Below, in pieces: positions 1 to 9,705 of a stretch of 57,385 bases of DNA. Location of the stretch: IMG/VR virus record IMGVR_UViG_3300021182_000018, positions 1 through 57,385 of that record; one strand, given 5' to 3'. A program made the position numbers and the translations under genes. This DNA is from a virus. Taxonomy: Duplodnaviria > Caudoviricetes. Numbering within the stretch: position 1 is the stretch's first letter; each line of letters opens with the position of its first letter. The notes below the pieces were generated by a model that was not told the origin of the DNA, did no database searches, and saw only the letters and a list, made by a program, of their open reading frames with translations.

Positions 1-94
1 TTTCTAACTTAGAAGCATTAGTCTCTTTCAGAGACAGTCTAGATGCTCTTACTACATCTTCTGCTTGGTTCAATTTTTCATTAACGGTGGTCAT
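1..94 (-). CDS. tnpB: N-terminus of probable IS607 TnpB (runs off the window edge)
   Basis: Manual translation MTTVNEKLNQAEDVVRASRLSLKETNASKLE...; ATG 8 nt downstream of the tnpA stop, the usual IS607 tnpA-tnpB arrangement. Only 31 codons visible. Confidence 0.55.
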   Translation of the reverse strand, partial: MTTVNEKLNQAEDVVRASRLSLKETNASKLE

Positions 95-102
95 AAAAGT
101 AT

Positions 103-690
103 TTAGTTAACTTCTTGATTCATGTGAACCAAATCTTTAATTTGTTGAACTTTCTTTTTCGTTCTACGGAGACCGTATAGTCTACAGCAAAATGATGTAA
201 TCACTGAAACTAAATCTTTAATCAAATCTTGTTCATCGTTAGAATTAGGATTCATTACGTCTATGCTGCAACCGTTGCGAAGCAACAGTTTGTCCAAATA
301 GTTAAATCCGAATCTAGTTAGTCTATCTTTATTTTCAATTACAATTCTAGTAGGATTAGAATCTAGCATCTTCCAAAATTCTTTTCTATTATCATTCATT
401 CCAGAAGCAACTTCTTTATAAACTTTATTTACTGATAATCCTTTAGCATTACAATAAGTCAGGCATCTATCAACTTGATAGTTTAATTCTTCCTTTCTAG
501 ACTGATTAGAAACTCTACAATAGACAACTATGTTGTCTTGAGATTGCTTCGCAGAAGCAATCTCATCCTCTACGATTATCGTAGAGGATTCTGTCTGATA
601 CGCCTTACAAGGAAACTTACCATCCTTAAACCACTTATATGCAGTATTATAATGAACGCCCTGCTTTTTTGCCCAGGTGGATAACTTCAT
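103..690 (-). CDS. tnpA: IS607-family serine recombinase (transposase TnpA)
   Basis: N-terminal HTH (MKLSTWAKKQGVHYNTAYKWFK), serine recombinase motifs YCRVS, EVASGMN, KDRLTRFG and C-terminal DLVSVITSFCCRLYG. Start reassigned to the ATG at 690. Confidence 0.93.
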   Translation of the reverse strand: MKLSTWAKKQGVHYNTAYKWFKDGKFPCKAYQTESSTIIVEDEIASAKQSQDNIVVYCRVSNQSRKEELNYQVDRCLTYCNAKGLSVNKVYKEVASGMNDNRKEFWKMLDSNPTRIVIENKDRLTRFGFNYLDKLLLRNGCSIDVMNPNSNDEQDLIKDLVSVITSFCCRLYGLRRTKKKVQQIKDLVHMNQEVN

Positions 691-738
691 ATTTTTATTT
701 ATGTAGACAATAAAATTCAAGTAGATTCAATTAAATTT

Positions 739-834
739 TCATCGAAATGACTTTACACAACCAAAAGTCTTAGAGAAAATTTCTTTCTGGGCTTTGGTTG
801 GATAGATGCGATATTTGTATGAAAGCATTGACAT
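739..834 (-). pseudogene. tnpB: Truncated IS605/IS200-type tnpB 5' fragment interrupted by IS607
   Basis: Manual translation MSMLSYKYRIYPTKAQKEIFSKTFGCV-KSFR*; matches the HTH_OrfB_IS605 N-terminal signature YKYRIYP..Q......TFGC, then breaks off. Confidence 0.8.
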
Positions 835-858
835 AAAAGTATTTAGTTCAAAAGAATC

Positions 859-1578
859 TTAAATAGCTCTCCACCCAGTACATAATCTATCTTCTATTCT
901 AAATGCCCCGGCACTAGGACCAAACCAATTTTTAGGGATAATAACATTCTTAGAATCGGATAGATATGCTCCCCACCAAGAGAAAGAAGAGTTTGCGATA
1001 ACTGCACCTTTACATTTCTGCATAAGTTTTAGATCTTCTATTTCGGAAGTATTTTCTATAAAATGTATTCGAGAATCTTTGAGATTTTCCTTGCACCATC
1101 CTATATCATCCGAGAAACAAAAGTAATGATCGTAACCTAAAAGATCCATTCCTTCTTTATAATATTCCCAAGCTAGGTTTGTGTGGTATGAAGAAAGGTT
1201 TAAATAATCACCTCTTCTTAAATGTACCTGACCGCAATTAAAATTCGTCTCGTCTGTCTTAAAAATATCTAGAATATCTTTCTTACAATGGCTAAAATAC
1301 TTCTCTGATTGAAAGTATCCTACAAAGTTTATATTACCCATTTGAGGAAGATAGCTAGGAATTTCAGTATAGTTTAGAGAATCTGCTTCTTGAATTATAG
1401 TATCAATATCACAGGGATGTTCATAATCTTTTAAATTGAAATGTTCATCATACTTCCATTTAGAGAAAGAGTATTGCTGATTATATTTTTTAGCATAACC
1501 TACAACAGCCGCAATTTGATGCATCTGATTTCCGAGTCTTCCCATAGCACCTAAATTTTGAAAAGTCATTGTTCCCAT
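859..1578 (-). CDS. GT11 alpha-1,2-fucosyltransferase-like
   Basis: GRLGNQM, GYFQSEKYF, HLRRGDY, FSDD, NSSFSWWGAYL motifs. Confidence 0.9.
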   Translation of the reverse strand: MGTMTFQNLGAMGRLGNQMHQIAAVVGYAKKYNQQYSFSKWKYDEHFNLKDYEHPCDIDTIIQEADSLNYTEIPSYLPQMGNINFVGYFQSEKYFSHCKKDILDIFKTDETNFNCGQVHLRRGDYLNLSSYHTNLAWEYYKEGMDLLGYDHYFCFSDDIGWCKENLKDSRIHFIENTSEIEDLKLMQKCKGAVIANSSFSWWGAYLSDSKNVIIPKNWFGPSAGAFRIEDRLCTGWRAI

Positions 1579-1582
1579 TATT

Positions 1583-1906
1583 TCAATCCTTTTCTAGAAA
1601 ATATTTATCTCCAGGAATACTAGGAGTTTTAAGAACTAACAACGCGCAATTTTCTAAACACTCAAAATCAGAATAAGTTTCTCTCGCTACAAATACTATA
1701 TCCTTTCCTTTATATTCTACACCATTCATAAAAACTTTTCCGAAAATTATTATAGTATATTCGTCGGAAATTTTATGAACATGCTTAGGTTCTTTATCTC
1801 CAACAGAATAATATTTAATTCCGACTTCTATATCTTTAGACTTTATTAAAGCTGGAAAAAAATCTCCTACCAACCAACCATTAGTGTATTCATTTAGTTT
1901 CATCAA
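1583..1906 (-). CDS. Cupin-domain protein of polysaccharide loci
   Basis: GWLVGDFFP N-terminus, HxH (KHVHK) cupin motif, KTPS..DKY C-terminus. Confidence 0.7.
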   Translation of the reverse strand: MMKLNEYTNGWLVGDFFPALIKSKDIEVGIKYYSVGDKEPKHVHKISDEYTIIIFGKVFMNGVEYKGKDIVFVARETYSDFECLENCALLVLKTPSIPGDKYFLEKD

Positions 1907-3275
1907 AATTCTCCAAAAAATAATTTAAATCTTCTGGAGTTCCTAATCCAAACATTTTTTTAACCCCATATGTTTTGAAAACTTTCCCGTCTAAAATTGC
2001 TTCATTATAAACTGGAGCAACATAAAATTCTCCTTTACCATTAAAATTAGAGCCGTATCTAATATCTTTTGAAATCATTTGTTCAGCATATTTTACATAG
2101 TCTGAACCTTTAGACCAATGATAAATTCCTATAGTTGCTTGGTTAGATATGACTTCTTTTTCTTTTACTTCGGTTACATTATTATTTTCGTCTAGTTTCA
2201 CATAAGACCATTTCGGATGATTATTTTCAAAAGTTAATATACCACCAGACAAATATTCGCTGTTCATAGAATGATAAAATTCACAAGAATCCCAAACAAC
2301 ATATTGGTCAGAATTTGCTATTAAAAGCTCTTGGTCATTGTCTATAAATTCTTTCGCTAATAACGTAGTGCAAGCGGCTCCATCTGTCAAGGTATCTACG
2401 TCTACTATCTCGCACTCGGGGACTATCTGATTCAATAAAGATTTAATTCCGAATTTCTTATCATGTTCTTTTCTAATGATGAATATAAAATTCGCATCTA
2501 TGTTAAGATTCTCTATGACTAATTGTATCATAGGCTTTCCGAAAACTTCTACTAAAGGTTTCGGAAAAGTATAACCAGCTTTTGAAAATCTAGAACCTTC
2601 TCCAGCCATAGGTATAAGAACATTCAAATTTTTATTTGTCCATTTCATATTAGTTTTTGATTTCCCTAGATAAGATTTGATAAGAGGTGGGGTTAATTCT
2701 GTAGAGTTTTTTACGGGACACACTACTGCACCCGAGTCAAATGCCGCCGTTCTACCCACATAGGAATCCTCTACAACAACAGTATTTTTAGGAGATATTC
2801 CAAATTTATACATACATTTAAGATACATTTGTGGATTTGGTTTCGGAAATTCTACATCTTCATTTGACACGATATAGTCTACGAAATTTGTTATTTCTTT
2901 TTTGTTAAGAATCAAATCTATAGTGGCTTTAATAGAGTTTGACGCAACACATATAATATGGTTTTGTAATTTCAAATAGGAAAATATTTCTATGAGTTTA
3001 TCATCTTTAGCAACTTCAGAAGATAACAAGTCTAAAGTAATTTCTTGTTTTCTTTTCCAAATCTGTTTATGAAAAGTTTTCGGTAATTTCTTATCTATTG
3101 TTAATTTCTCTAATTTTTTGTTCGTCGGTAATCCATCATATATAGATAAATGTTCTTTCAGTGTTATCATATATTTTGAATCGACTTCTTTAAGAGATTC
3201 ATTAAACGCATCGAAATGAAGCTCTCTAGAATCTATCAAAACTCCATCCAAGTCGAATATAATTAGTTTTTTCAA
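1890..3275 (-). CDS. HAD phosphatase fused to sugar-phosphate nucleotidyltransferase
   Basis: HAD motifs FDLDGVL, KPNP, EDS..G in the N-half; LIPMAGEGSRF..PKPL and EFYVAPVYN, GLGTPEDL in the C-half. Confidence 0.9.
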   Translation of the reverse strand: MKKLIIFDLDGVLIDSRELHFDAFNESLKEVDSKYMITLKEHLSIYDGLPTNKKLEKLTIDKKLPKTFHKQIWKRKQEITLDLLSSEVAKDDKLIEIFSYLKLQNHIICVASNSIKATIDLILNKKEITNFVDYIVSNEDVEFPKPNPQMYLKCMYKFGISPKNTVVVEDSYVGRTAAFDSGAVVCPVKNSTELTPPLIKSYLGKSKTNMKWTNKNLNVLIPMAGEGSRFSKAGYTFPKPLVEVFGKPMIQLVIENLNIDANFIFIIRKEHDKKFGIKSLLNQIVPECEIVDVDTLTDGAACTTLLAKEFIDNDQELLIANSDQYVVWDSCEFYHSMNSEYLSGGILTFENNHPKWSYVKLDENNNVTEVKEKEVISNQATIGIYHWSKGSDYVKYAEQMISKDIRYGSNFNGKGEFYVAPVYNEAILDGKVFKTYGVKKMFGLGTPEDLNYFLENFDETK

Positions 3276-3283
3276 TGCTATGA

Positions 3284-4006
3284 TTACTCTTTAATAATAT
3301 ATGCTGTAGGGGCATTAAAATCCAAAGTTTTTATTGTTAGATTTTTTTCGGAAACAAATTTATCTACGCCAACAGATTCTGACCACTGGTGATATCCATA
3401 TTCATCAAAAACAACCATACCACCTTTCGAAACTCTTTCCCAAAAATTATTTAATGCTTCGTATGTAGGCTTTTCCAAATCTAAATCCATGTATAATATA
3501 GAAATTTTTGCTCCGACTCTTTCTTTAACATATTGTTTACTAGTCTCACAAACATCCCCTTCAATTAGTTCAAAATCATAATTCTCATAAAAATTAGAAT
3601 CCTCTAAAGTTTTTTTCAAATCATTTTTAAATATAGAAGTAAATGAAAAATTTCTATTGCTAAACAACTTTCCCATCATTTCTTTATCTTCGTAGTGTAA
3701 CGTATTTAATAATTTAGTATCGTTAAACATATCGAACCCGACGACTTTCTTAAAAGAATTCGGAGATAATATTTTTTTAATTTTTAACCAAGACATTATT
3801 CCGGATCCTTTGAAAACGCCACACTCTAATATATCACCAGGAACATCTAGTGTTTTATTAAATAAATTCACTCTAGCAATTAGTTTAGCCATAATTTTTG
3901 TATCATTGCTAAAAATAAAATCATTAAAACTATCAAATATTTCTTGTTTGGTAGTTACTATTTCTTCTTTATTATTAGCAAATTCTTTATTCATTTTCTT
4001 CTCCAT
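3284..4006 (-). CDS. TylF/MycF-family sugar O-methyltransferase
   Basis: VPGDILECGVFKG, GFDMF, LYMDLDLEKPT, GGMVVFDEY. Confidence 0.88.
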   Translation of the reverse strand: MEKKMNKEFANNKEEIVTTKQEIFDSFNDFIFSNDTKIMAKLIARVNLFNKTLDVPGDILECGVFKGSGIMSWLKIKKILSPNSFKKVVGFDMFNDTKLLNTLHYEDKEMMGKLFSNRNFSFTSIFKNDLKKTLEDSNFYENYDFELIEGDVCETSKQYVKERVGAKISILYMDLDLEKPTYEALNNFWERVSKGGMVVFDEYGYHQWSESVGVDKFVSEKNLTIKTLDFNAPTAYIIKE

Positions 4007-5034
4007 CAGATAGAATGTTCCGTAATCCCTTCCATTTTATAGCTTCTTAATTTTACAGAACCCAGGTTCATAGATTTTATAAAATCCAAATCCAATGGGT
4101 TGCTAGAGTCATTATATCTATATATGTGTGTTTGATTTAGAGCAACCGCACATTTTAAGTTTTCTGTTCTAACCATATGACAAACATGATGTTCGGATGC
4201 CATTGTTACGTTTTCGGCAACTATGCAATCATTTTTTCCACATCTAGGGCACGCGGGAATTGCTATTAAATTTTTATGAGATTTTTCGTCTACTAAAGAA
4301 TAATTACACCTACTACAACTATACAACCAAGATTCTCCAGCGGCTAATGTATTCCCCAATTTATTATACATTGTTAGATAATGATGCATAGCTTTCCTAT
4401 TTCCAATAGCAGACCAATCGAAATAAACAGGACCCTTAATAAAAGGAACATACAAATCAACCGAATTAAAGTTATACGCGGCTAGATTTATATTAGGAAC
4501 AATAACATTATCAAATCTAGACTTTATTATGACATCATATTTTCCATTTATACTTTCGTAATTACATATCTCATCATATGCCAAAAAAGATTTTCTATGC
4601 TGAGATATTAAAAATTCTGGGATGCTTCCTGCGTTTGTATTTCTTTTTAAGAATTCATATTTGGAATCTTTTGTTACATCATATGGTTCATTTATTATCA
4701 AAGACTTCAAAGAATTTCCGAAAAAGTTTTCCAATTTTGGTTTCAACAATTTATAAGCATCTTCATATTCTATAAATTCTATCTTATTATGAAATCGCAT
4801 ACTATCAAAATTATACGTTTCTAATATTTTTGTTTCTTCTAATTTATCCTTAACATAAAAATATTGAACACCATCCAAATAAAAATTTTCAGTATCCGTG
4901 CTAATATAAACATCGGCATTTGTAGAGGTAACGACATTATTTAACAAAACATCACAAACCCTAATACTAGGATTTTCTCGCAAAGGCATAAAAAATGTCC
5001 GCAAATTCCCAGAAAAGACTACAGCAGTTTTCAT
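4006..5034 (-). CDS. Glycosyltransferase-like protein with a CxxC...CxxC insertion
   Basis: MKTAVVFSGNLRTF start and YDVIIKSRFD motif typical of GT-like proteins of glycan loci; CSRC/CPRC pair. Confidence 0.55.
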   Translation of the reverse strand: MKTAVVFSGNLRTFFMPLRENPSIRVCDVLLNNVVTSTNADVYISTDTENFYLDGVQYFYVKDKLEETKILETYNFDSMRFHNKIEFIEYEDAYKLLKPKLENFFGNSLKSLIINEPYDVTKDSKYEFLKRNTNAGSIPEFLISQHRKSFLAYDEICNYESINGKYDVIIKSRFDNVIVPNINLAAYNFNSVDLYVPFIKGPVYFDWSAIGNRKAMHHYLTMYNKLGNTLAAGESWLYSCSRCNYSLVDEKSHKNLIAIPACPRCGKNDCIVAENVTMASEHHVCHMVRTENLKCAVALNQTHIYRYNDSSNPLDLDFIKSMNLGSVKLRSYKMEGITEHSI

Positions 5035-5043
5035 AATAAATCC

Positions 5044-5937
5044 TTATATTGTTTCTAAAATTTTTAATAGATTACTTATTCTATTTACGTATGTGTGTTT
5101 TTCTTTAATAAATTTTACTAAAGATTGCAGATGAGTTTTCGAAACACTTGCGTAAGACTGTTTAGAAACTTCATATAAATTGTTTTCAGAAGATACGGGA
5201 ATCTTATATTCAAAAACTTCTGCAACATATTCCGAATTTGTAGCTGTAAATTTTCCGTAGCTTAGATTCTTAAAAATTCTACAAGGAACATATCCACATT
5301 CTTTGTGCCATTCTCCTCTTACATCAGGACACACCAAAGATTTTTGAATTAGTTGTTTATGTTCTTCGTCAGATACATTAACACGGTTTATGAATTGTCT
5401 CCCATCTCTTATGCAACTTTCAGCAAATGGTTTTAATTGATTTATATTTTCGTTCCAAATAGACCCTACATAATAAATTTCTTTAAGATTGTTGTCGAAA
5501 GGAATTACTAAAGTTTCATCGATTTCATTAGGAGTTAAATCAGTTGCCCACATTTGATATAAGAGAATATTTTTAGAATCGTAATATACTTGGCTATCTA
5601 ATTTTTCTAAAGAAGCGCCTGGATAATAATGGTTCTTTCCTTCAGTGCAAAATTTCAAATAGTTTCCAAGTTGAAGATATTTACATCCTATATTTTTATA
5701 CTTTTCTAAATTACAATGATGAAGAATGTAATAAGAATTTTTCGAAAGTGGTATGTTAAAATCTACCTGACCCTCGGTAAAAAATAAACAGTTATCTATA
5801 GAAGATATTTCTAAAGGATTATCTAACCAATACGTTTCATATCCTAGATGTTTAAACGCTCTATAATAACTACTATGAATATGAGAATGAGTATGATTAG
5901 TTTTATGCCCCCAAATAATTACTTTGTCTATTTTCAT
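5044..5937 (-). CDS. Putative glycosyltransferase (CgeB-like C-terminus)
   Basis: GYVPCRIFKNLSYG and HTYVNRI C-terminal motifs; locus context. Confidence 0.6.
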   Translation of the reverse strand: MKIDKVIIWGHKTNHTHSHIHSSYYRAFKHLGYETYWLDNPLEISSIDNCLFFTEGQVDFNIPLSKNSYYILHHCNLEKYKNIGCKYLQLGNYLKFCTEGKNHYYPGASLEKLDSQVYYDSKNILLYQMWATDLTPNEIDETLVIPFDNNLKEIYYVGSIWNENINQLKPFAESCIRDGRQFINRVNVSDEEHKQLIQKSLVCPDVRGEWHKECGYVPCRIFKNLSYGKFTATNSEYVAEVFEYKIPVSSENNLYEVSKQSYASVSKTHLQSLVKFIKEKHTYVNRISNLLKILETI

Positions 5938-5940
5938 AAA

Positions 5941-6816
5941 TTATCCTAAAAAGAATTGTGGATAGGTAGCAACATTTTCTCTAATATATTTCGGAAAACT
6001 TTCATCCAAATCTGCCTTGAAATATCTTTCTCCGGGTCGATTAAATATATCTTGAAACGAATTTATCTTCTGTTCTAAATTTTGAAATATATAATCATTA
6101 GCGTATTCTATATGCCCGTAGCTAGAAATCTTAGTTTTAATTTTATCTATTCCACCCAAAAATGTTAAGTGATTTCCACCATTCTCTATTTGAACACCTT
6201 CGTTTTTATGGTTTCTCATATAGTTAGATTCTAGATTTTTTAATAACCCATATCTTAAAACTTTAGTTCCAAACCATCTTTCGTCTTTTCTTACATTGAT
6301 ATAATACTGAGACATCTTCATCATCAAATGTAAGAAAGTGTTATTAGGAACATTTTCGAAAACGTTTCTTAAAATTTCTGGATTTGGTATTTCGTCCAGG
6401 TCTGAAAGCATTATAATGTCTTCATCTTCACAATCCACCAAACCTCTCTTTACGAATTCTCTTTGGCAAAAATCTCTAAGCCATTGGTGTTCGTTTAATC
6501 CCAATTCTCTATTTTTATCTATTGCCAAAATTATCTTATTAAACTGTATATCATCTTTAGAAAGTTCTGGTTTTAACAATGCTGGAATGTTTGAGCTTTG
6601 TTCTGGACAATCTGTAAACATCTTATGAATAATCTTATGATGAAATTTCTTAAATCTTTCTTTATTTTCATTGTAATAAAATGGTTTATCTAATCCTGAA
6701 AATGTTTTATTACATTCAGAAATCACAAAATAGTCTACATATTGGTCGAGAATATTAAGACGTATTTCTAAAAGATCTAATTCATTAAACAACATAAATG
6801 CATCATATACTTTCAT
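5941..6816 (-). CDS. GT17 beta-1,4-N-acetylglucosaminyltransferase-like
   Basis: YDAFMLFNELDLLEIRL, VDYFVISE..TFSG..KP, QRE, SDLDEIP, KISSYGH. Confidence 0.9.
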   Translation of the reverse strand: MKVYDAFMLFNELDLLEIRLNILDQYVDYFVISECNKTFSGLDKPFYYNENKERFKKFHHKIIHKMFTDCPEQSSNIPALLKPELSKDDIQFNKIILAIDKNRELGLNEHQWLRDFCQREFVKRGLVDCEDEDIIMLSDLDEIPNPEILRNVFENVPNNTFLHLMMKMSQYYINVRKDERWFGTKVLRYGLLKNLESNYMRNHKNEGVQIENGGNHLTFLGGIDKIKTKISSYGHIEYANDYIFQNLEQKINSFQDIFNRPGERYFKADLDESFPKYIRENVATYPQFFLG

Positions 6817-6818
6817 AA

Positions 6819-7712
6819 TTAAACTCCGAACCCATTAGTTATTAGCCAGTTGTTACAATCTTTTCGAGAATCTTCATAATTTTTTAGAACGCCATTTCGA
6901 TCTAAGTATTCCCATCCAGGATAAATGTTTTGAGAAGTCGCCCAATAGCCAGTAGAAATATTCCATCTAGCCCAATAAGCCGGAGCGATAATTTTCTTAA
7001 GATTATTATTCGTGAGTGCTGCGAAAATTGGGAAAGACGAATTACAAAGAATAAGATATTTAGAATGATTTATTAAAGTGTAATCAACAGCTATAGAAAA
7101 ATGATAAGCAGGAATTCCTGGAAGAAATTGATTAGCACATTGGACATCGTCTGTAATAATTATAAATTTTATATTAGAGGTTTCTTCTAACATACATTGC
7201 ATAGCCTTATAATAATATTCAGAACGTATAATCAGATTTCCATAATTTCTATATTCCCCACCTCTAAAATTTATCAAACATGTATTATCATCTAAGTTGA
7301 TGTTATTAGAAGTCGCTATATCGTTAGTTTCTGCTATAGTTTCTTGCTTTATCTTTAGCCATTCTTTTATATCGTCTAGTCTATCATAAAAATAAACAGG
7401 AGATTGAAACACACCAAACAGTTCCGTATTGTCTTGAATAGAAAAAACATCCCAATCAACTGGCCTAATATCTATATTATCTCCCATATGATTAAATCTT
7501 ATGTCTTTCTCTCTAAACTCTTTTTGAATATTTTTCGGAAACTCTCCATAATCAATTTCCATAAAATCCATTTGTCGAGAACCATTATAATAATCATAAG
7601 AAGGGGTAGGATTAAATCCCCAAGCGTATCCTAATCTTTCGGCCATGGCTCTGGTAGAAACATAATAAGCAAGGTGGTTACCTAAGTTTCCTGTAAATTT
7701 TGTAGTTATCAT
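6819..7712 (-). CDS. Second GT11-like glycosyltransferase (divergent)
   Basis: GNLGN, G.FQS, FRGGEY, ITDD, NSSF motifs. Confidence 0.8.
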   Translation of the reverse strand: MITTKFTGNLGNHLAYYVSTRAMAERLGYAWGFNPTPSYDYYNGSRQMDFMEIDYGEFPKNIQKEFREKDIRFNHMGDNIDIRPVDWDVFSIQDNTELFGVFQSPVYFYDRLDDIKEWLKIKQETIAETNDIATSNNINLDDNTCLINFRGGEYRNYGNLIIRSEYYYKAMQCMLEETSNIKFIIITDDVQCANQFLPGIPAYHFSIAVDYTLINHSKYLILCNSSFPIFAALTNNNLKKIIAPAYWARWNISTGYWATSQNIYPGWEYLDRNGVLKNYEDSRKDCNNWLITNGFGV

Positions 7713-7724
7713 TTTATTCTCTTT

Positions 7725-8378
7725 TTATAATTTTTCTTCAAACGCACATGAAAAAATTGTCCAGAGCATTCTTTCAAAAATATATGCCTCTGCTTGATTT
7801 ACATCTTTAGAAAGCATCTCTAAAAGCTTTCTCCACCATTCTTTAGAATAGTGTAATATTCTTTCTTTTTCAACTATATACATTCCACCAGGAGCAAATT
7901 TTATATATTGTGGATAATAAGGATTTTTGAAAACATTATCTAACGCTTGATTATAGGTTTGAAATATGCTTGCATAATTCCTTGGATGTGATATTATCAT
8001 TCCATTATTATTTTCTTCTGTCCACCCAGCAGTAGCATCTTTCATTGCGGTTCTGTGGTCAGCAGCATTTTCGTAAGACTCTAAACAAGTAAAAAATTTG
8101 TTATGAATAATCCTATCTAATTTTTGTTTATTACAATGGTCAAAAGGATGACCTTCTAAGAACGCGACCAAGTTCGGAAGATTATTATAATTGCTGTAAC
8201 AATAGTGAAATATATCATGTAAATTGTGCCCAACGTTTTCGAATTTAATTACTTTAGGTCCTTCTGGAAGAGTATTAGATTTATCATAAATTATGTAATC
8301 GTCTGTATATTCTTCTATCCAACTAACATCATTATTCCACTGGCTTACTACAAAAAATGCTTCTGGTTTCATTTTCAC
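7725..8378 (-). CDS. DUF3431-like protein
   Basis: VVSQWNNDVSW, IYDK, NVG, FLEGHPFDH, FAPGGMYIV, FERMLW. Confidence 0.7.
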   Translation of the reverse strand: MKMKPEAFFVVSQWNNDVSWIEEYTDDYIIYDKSNTLPEGPKVIKFENVGHNLHDIFHYCYSNYNNLPNLVAFLEGHPFDHCNKQKLDRIIHNKFFTCLESYENAADHRTAMKDATAGWTEENNNGMIISHPRNYASIFQTYNQALDNVFKNPYYPQYIKFAPGGMYIVEKERILHYSKEWWRKLLEMLSKDVNQAEAYIFERMLWTIFSCAFEEKL

Positions 8379-9031
8379 CCCACAAAATCTCTATATTTTA
8401 TATGATCGTTATTTCCAAATCCGTGAAAAGCAAAAGATTCTCTACTCAATCCAGGTATCCAAGCTTCTGTAGAAAAATTTGCGGCAAGTTCTTTCGAAGC
8501 ATATTTAATACCATTTTCTAAAAACAGTTTTCTATAATACACACAAAAATTTCCATCATCATTATAAAATCCTTGACGATGTGACAAAGGAATCCCCAAT
8601 TTTGTAGGTAATTCTAAAATCTTTTTCGAACGCAAGCAAACACCACCATTTCCAACTTCTACGTGCTCTCCATCATCTGTTAAATATGAAGAATCTGACC
8701 ATGCCCAAGGTGCCCCGATATAATCAAAATTTAGAAACTCGCTATCCCATAAATCAGGTCTCACTACAAATCCGTCATGATGAACTAATAAACTATGCGA
8801 AGTATCTATGTGTTGCCAAAGTTTTAGAAAAGTATATTCCGAAAATCCATCGTAACTTAATTTATCACAAGGAACATATTCTACGGTTTCTGGAAGATCT
8901 GGTTTAACGTCAGATATAAATTTAACGGCACCATATTTAATTCCTTCCATACTTTTCAACATTGCTTTAACGTTTTGTTCAATTTTTACGGAAGTTACTA
9001 TTGTAAGTGTTACGTCTTTTAAGTCTAACAA
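8375..9031 (-). CDS. DUF5672-like GT-A protein
   Basis: LLVHHDGF, FLNFDYIGAPW, VGNGGVCLRS, FAFHG. Confidence 0.75.
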   Translation of the reverse strand: MLDLKDVTLTIVTSVKIEQNVKAMLKSMEGIKYGAVKFISDVKPDLPETVEYVPCDKLSYDGFSEYTFLKLWQHIDTSHSLLVHHDGFVVRPDLWDSEFLNFDYIGAPWAWSDSSYLTDDGEHVEVGNGGVCLRSKKILELPTKLGIPLSHRQGFYNDDGNFCVYYRKLFLENGIKYASKELAANFSTEAWIPGLSRESFAFHGFGNNDHIKYRDFVG

Positions 9032-9705
9032 AAATATTTTCTCCTAATATATAATTCTTCATTGTTTCTTAATTCATTATTTGCTATAGTATTTGTGGTT
9101 TGATTTTCATGTATATAATTTACCATGGTATCATTTTCGGAAACATTTGGAAAACTATATTTAAGAAACATTCTTTTATAAAATTCACAATCATACATAT
9201 ATTTCAAATTCTCATCAAACAAAACCCCTAAGCCGTTTTTGATAATCAATGCACTCGGGGTTCCTAAAGTATTTGTCAATTCTATATTATTATTAAAACT
9301 AGGAACATGTCTTCTTTCTAAATTTCTTCTGTCGGTAGAGTGCCAGTAAGAATTGAATCCCCAAACTTTTCCGGAATTTTCTAAATCATTTAAGCAAGTT
9401 TCTAAAGAATTTTTATCTATTAGAAAATCATCTTGACACAATAATTTAATATATTCTCCAGAACAATTTTGTAATCCTAGATTCGTATTGCTTGCAGGAT
9501 TTCCTCTATCCTTTTCATTTCGAATATATTTTACGAAGTGATAGTTCTTAGATAAAATTTCTATATCATTATTTTCCGAATGGTCTGTAACAATTACTTC
9601 GAAATCTTTTAGAGATTGTTTCGAAAGTATATCTAAAGAAATTTTCAAAACATCTTTACCTACACCATTCATACTCCAACAAGGAATTGCTACAGACAAC
9701 TTCAT
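9025..9705 (-). CDS. GT2 glycosyltransferase
   Basis: LSVAIP, FEVIVTDHS, GEYIKLLCQDD, FDENL...DCEFY. Confidence 0.85.
   Translation of the reverse strand: MKLSVAIPCWSMNGVGKDVLKISLDILSKQSLKDFEVIVTDHSENNDIEILSKNYHFVKYIRNEKDRGNPASNTNLGLQNCSGEYIKLLCQDDFLIDKNSLETCLNDLENSGKVWGFNSYWHSTDRRNLERRHVPSFNNNIELTNTLGTPSALIIKNGLGVLFDENLKYMYDCEFYKRMFLKYSFPNVSENDTMVNYIHENQTTNTIANNELRNNEELYIRRKYFC

Larger units (their letters stand above)
1..755 (-). mobile_element. IS607-family insertion sequence (left end near 750; continues beyond position 1)
   Basis: tnpA plus downstream tnpB; short TTGAAT direct repeats upstream of tnpA. Similarity of the interrupted upstream tnpB stops near 753. Exact end not determined. 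Confidence 0.7.
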
